From positions 62,001 to 126,000 of the forward strand of contig DF237182.1 in assembly GCA_000708835.1 (NCBI GenBank): a DNA stretch of 64,000 bases. Direction: 5' to 3'. The notes under the pieces are model-generated. The model worked only from the letters and a program-made list of their open reading frames with translations. It was not told the origin of the DNA and searched no databases. Below, piece after piece: positions 60,147-64,000 of this stretch. Origin of the DNA: Klebsormidium nitens. Its lineage: Eukaryota; Plantae; Klebsormidiophyceae. Every line of letters starts with the position of its first letter. Positions within the stretch are counted from its first letter, which is position 1. The translations under genes and the position numbers were made by a program.

Positions 60147-61666
60147 AGCATGCGCTAGTAGGTTTTGTTTGGACTGTTGCACTGTTTATATGGCATACAT
60201 TGCATCGCTTAAAAGCAAGCAGCAAGCAATTATCGAGAAAGAGGCTGCTAGGAAGTGACGGTAATGGAAAAATCGCGTGAGCAGTGGGCCGATCAAGGTT
60301 ACATTTGATGACGTGATGCTAGCGTCGAAAGCGCTGCTAAAAGCAACGTAATCTATTGCATCCATCAGGATTTGGAGGTCGGACACTCGTTTAGAGTCAA
60401 AGACTTCAGTAGCGACAGGAGTCGAATAGCAGCCGAGAGCAATCAAAACGTGACAGACGCTCATGTCTTATCCGTGTCTCGTTCACAGTGCAAGCTCCTG
60501 TGCGGAAAGCCTGATTGTTGTCATCATGATGTCAGATGATGGAGTCTTTTGCTTATGACCTGCCGCCAGAGAGCTTCTACCGTCAATGTGCGTGCACAGT
60601 GTGCTAGTTGATGATGTATTCGTATGTCGATCATGCATGTCAGTCTCAGTGGTGTATAGCTTGCAAAACGACAATTGGATCCGGATATGATATAGATTCC
60701 ACATACCGATGCATTTGGACTCCTAAATTGATACTATATGAAGGCTGTTTCTTGGCAGGCCATATGCAGCAGCCATGACTGAGTTCTTAAGGAAAGTGCT
60801 ATTGTATTATGGTCTAGAACATAGTGAAAATTGTGGCACTCTCCCTACTAGGAGTATATAGTCATAGGCATTATACTATCAATCAGTGAGATTGAAGCTG
60901 TTCCACTATGAGCATCTGCATTATGCAGCGCGCGCTGTCAAGACTCAAGGCGTACAACCTGGCGGCTTTGGATCATGCAATGATTGGTCTGACAGTGCGC
61001 CGAGCTGTCAGTCAGTTGCGAGCCCATGAACACCAGCGAACGCGAGACAAGGCAGTAGGCTTCCACTGTGAATACACGCTTGATACATCCGGGCCCCGGC
61101 CCCTTTCAGTCACCCCCAACAGCGCACGATCGACAATAAATCGTGGCAGAGCACGGGGGAGTCACAAGGAGACCCGCGAAATCGAAAGCTGTGATCTCGA
61201 GGTTACAACGAGACTTGAACTGGGCCAATGCATGCACAGGTCGACAAGCTAAGTACGACAGCAACGGGGGCGCGTATGATATTGTCTCGACTGTGATCTC
61301 CTCAAGTAGGTACCTACCATGAGCTTTTTTCAAGTGAAAGACGCATTTGATCAGTTCTCTGCAGGATTACAGTAAGTCTTAGGTGCTTTCTGACTTCTAC
61401 TTCAATGCGAGCTGCGACAAACGTTCGCGCATGCATTCCTGAAGAGCTAATTGCAAGAAGCCGCCATAGCGTCCATTCAGAAACTTCCGCGTCTTTTATA
61501 GCGCTTTGGTTGAAAGCTCAGAGCGCAGTTTTCTGTCCAGCTTTCTGGTTTGCGAGCTGACTTGACTGCTCGCGTCTCAATTGCGAAAGCTTTTCCACGA
61601 AAATTGATGCGAGGAAACCTCGTGAGCTGGAACAGTGCTTCGCGGCTTCAAACATTTTCCATGCAG

Positions 61667-63233
61667 GGCGCTTTGGAAGGACAAAGACGCGCGCTTGGAA
61701 TGCTGAACATTCAGCGAGAGGGTCACTCTGAAATGCAGCAAAACAGGGCGGCAGAGTCTGACGAGCAGGCCAGAATGGAGCGTATGCAAGCTGGCGACGC
61801 CGCTTCTCCCAGCGAGAGCAAGCATGTCCGAACCACGGGGGGTTGGGTCTTCCTGGCTACTCGGGGGTATGCGGACGAGGATGACGACGTGAGTTGGAAA
61901 GAATTGCCGCAACTGCTCAATCCTCTCATTAGTAGTCCAAAAATTCCTTTAATTTCTGCATCCTGCTGCATGTGAGTGGGCTTGTGAGGTACCCTTTTTC
62001 AGCTAGCTGTTACTTCCATTCTTTTCTATTTGGAGCCAGCAGTACTAAAGAATGCAATTCTAAGTCCTGTTCTTCCAAGATTGGCTAGATTGAAAGAGTG
62101 ACTGTTGCAAGTTCGTTCGAGAAAGGGGCGATTTAGCTTCAAGGGCTTTCAATTAAAGCGGTTTGTTTGCTGCCATCATCTGGCTTAGCATTTTAGCGAG
62201 CTGAAATGCCTAGGCTTGGAAAGTTGAGAGTTGGTATTGGTGGACGATGGTGGATGGCAATGAAGGCAACGTCGACGAGGCAGAGCAATACATAGACTGG
62301 CAGCTTCAGCCAAGTGGGGCAAAAGGGAATTTCGCTCGTCTAGTTGCTCATCATTCTTATTGTCAGTGAGCTTATCCAACAGACTATCTCTATTTTGGTT
62401 GGTGGTACTGAATGCAACAGAATCGGAGGTGCATTGAGCAACGAATGGAAGGTTGAGAAGTGACAAGCTGAGTGGCAATGCGTTGTTCGAACGAACCAAC
62501 TTTTCTGTCGGACTGATACCTTTTTCCGCCACCTTTGTAAGCATGGCCCTTGTTGTGACAACTTTCCCTGTTGTTGTAGAAGTGTGGAGGCTTAAGTGGA
62601 GGCTTGAATAAAGGTTGAAATCCTCTCTACTCCATGTTGACCCTAGATTTTCAACAGGATTTTACGTTTTGAAATGAGTTGTGATTTCGCAGCTTTGGAA
62701 TGAATTCGCATTCTGAGCAAGGCTATATGTGAAGATCGACCTACTCTGCAAACAGGCAACCAAAGGCTAATGTTCCAGGCACCCACTGTACAGATTGACA
62801 GTTGCAAACCGTGGAAAGGCCGTCTTACTTGATTTCTTAAACTCAAACCCAATCAAGCCCAATTCGCGCATCAGGATTTGTGATTACGTCAAGCCTAAAT
62901 CGTGCACCAAGAAAGGCTCCGGTGTTTTTTCCCCTGATCCTTACTGACAACTTAAGCAGCAGAGACACTCTCGGTGCAGTTCAACTCCTTCCACTAAAGC
63001 CAGCTTTCCTCCTACTTTTCCCACAGGTTCCATGCGTGTCTGCCGAGGTCGTCCGCAGCAAGTCCCCTTGCGCCTTTGCCTGCATCACCTGCGTCCCCTG
63101 CGAGCACGGCTGCAGGATGCCTGACGATTGCGCCCCCTGCCAGAAGGAGCTGCCACGTCACATCGCCGAGTGCTCAGAGTTTAGGTGTTGCGAGGTGGCG
63201 CCAGTAACGCCTGGCCGCTCGTTGGAGGCTTGA
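61667..63233 (+). CDS. Tentative two-exon fragment (61667-61888, 63027-63233) of an unknown protein ending in a Cys/His-rich segment; start not found
   Basis: Good acceptors (ttccatgcag, ttttcccacag), donor gtgagt, compatible phase 0, and strongly C/G-ending codons in the Cys-rich exon. No family recognised. Confidence 0.35.
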
Positions 63234-64000
63234 TGGGTTTCAGGGACGATTTGCTGCGGTAAGTAAAGGTTCTTTGTCTGACATTGCATACAGGGTTTTG
63301 GAATCCGGAATACGATTGACTGGACGGCTTTCTGCTTCACGGCTTTCTGCTTCACTTAAAAATGGCGACTGCTTTTTACACTCCTAGGCGTATCTGATTC
63401 AGTAAGAGCTGGGATCAGTGACACTCGAAAGAACACCGTTTCTTTCTGTCCAGCTCGGAATTTCCCTCAACAATTGCTTTAGCTGATTCAGATGAAGAGC
63501 ATCACGAGTAGACCTGGCCACTACCATCTGCCATCAGCAAGTCTGCTAATCAGCGGACAAACGTGCAAATACGTTCTTTTCAAGTTCAGGTCATCTGTTT
63601 TCTCTCAAATAACTCTTTTGAGTAGAGCTCGACCCGAACGAAGCTATGTTTGATTACCCCGACTTGATGCCCACTATACGACGACGTAGGTGGTTGATTG
63701 TTTTGGGAAGTACGAACGGTGAATACGTCACGATTCCCCCGACTCTTTCCAAGTTTTTTCTTGACTTTTATCCTTGAAGCGCAGATAATGAGCCAGCCAT
63801 TTGTAACATCCTATCTCAATGCGCTCCAGATTGTCCGCATGGGTGTGCCATTGGAGAGTACACACCGGTCTTTCCGCTTACTCCACCGGTCGCTGTAGTG
63901 GCCCCTTCCACGCGGGATATCCGGCCGGCCGTGCATGGGGCGCATTCACGAACAGGGCCACGGTTGTATTTACGTAGTTGACCACACTGCGCCCGTGTTG
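63181..64000 (-). CDS. Tentative 3' end of a gene entering from the right edge (exons >64000-63882, 63253-63181)
   Basis: Open, GC3-rich frame QHGRSVVNYVNTTVALFVNAPHARPAGYPAWKGPLQRPV, donor gtaagc at 63881, acceptor tttacttaccgcag at 63254, then stop at 63181. Confidence 0.3.
63324..63355. repeat. Perfect 15-bp tandem duplication
   Basis: acggctttctgcttc x2 followed by ac. Confidence 0.9.

Noticed and set aside
63081-63115. CxxCxxCxxxC as a ferredoxin [4Fe-4S] motif
   Set aside because: It lacks the usual Gly and the Pro after the last Cys, and there is no ferredoxin context; a Zn-binding or chance explanation is more likely

Overview
Eukaryotic, intron-rich nuclear DNA with GT-AG spliceosomal introns and GC-rich exons. 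It comes from a green plant-lineage organism; the gene set (TL17.4, VPS13X-type VPS13, TIC-like) suggests a streptophyte alga such as Klebsormidium, which is my inference and is not verified. Seven genes were reconstructed by hand with consistent intron phases: a small conserved unknown protein (-), a TIME FOR COFFEE-like protein (+, about 1925 aa), a membrane-anchored alpha/beta hydrolase (+), thylakoid lumenal pentapeptide protein TL17.4 (-), Ku80 (+), prefoldin 2 (-) and a VPS13X-like lipid bridge (+, about 4250 aa, two assembly gaps). Two weak gene fragments lie at the right edge. No rRNA, tRNA or CRISPR array was seen. Two non-genic signals stand out. (1) A 290-bp TA-flanked Tc1/mariner-type MITE with CCG...CGG ends sits in a 1.4-kb island saturated with the short words its excision would be expected to leave (TA-CCG-TA, TA-CGG-TA, TA-CC-TA, TA-GG-TA), which suggests repeated insertion and excision at one locus. 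(2) Introns of three genes repeatedly contain decayed tandem 'echo' copies of their own splice junction plus the adjacent exon end. Younger copies keep intact splice sites; older copies often carry mutated AG/GT. All alignments and counts were done by eye.
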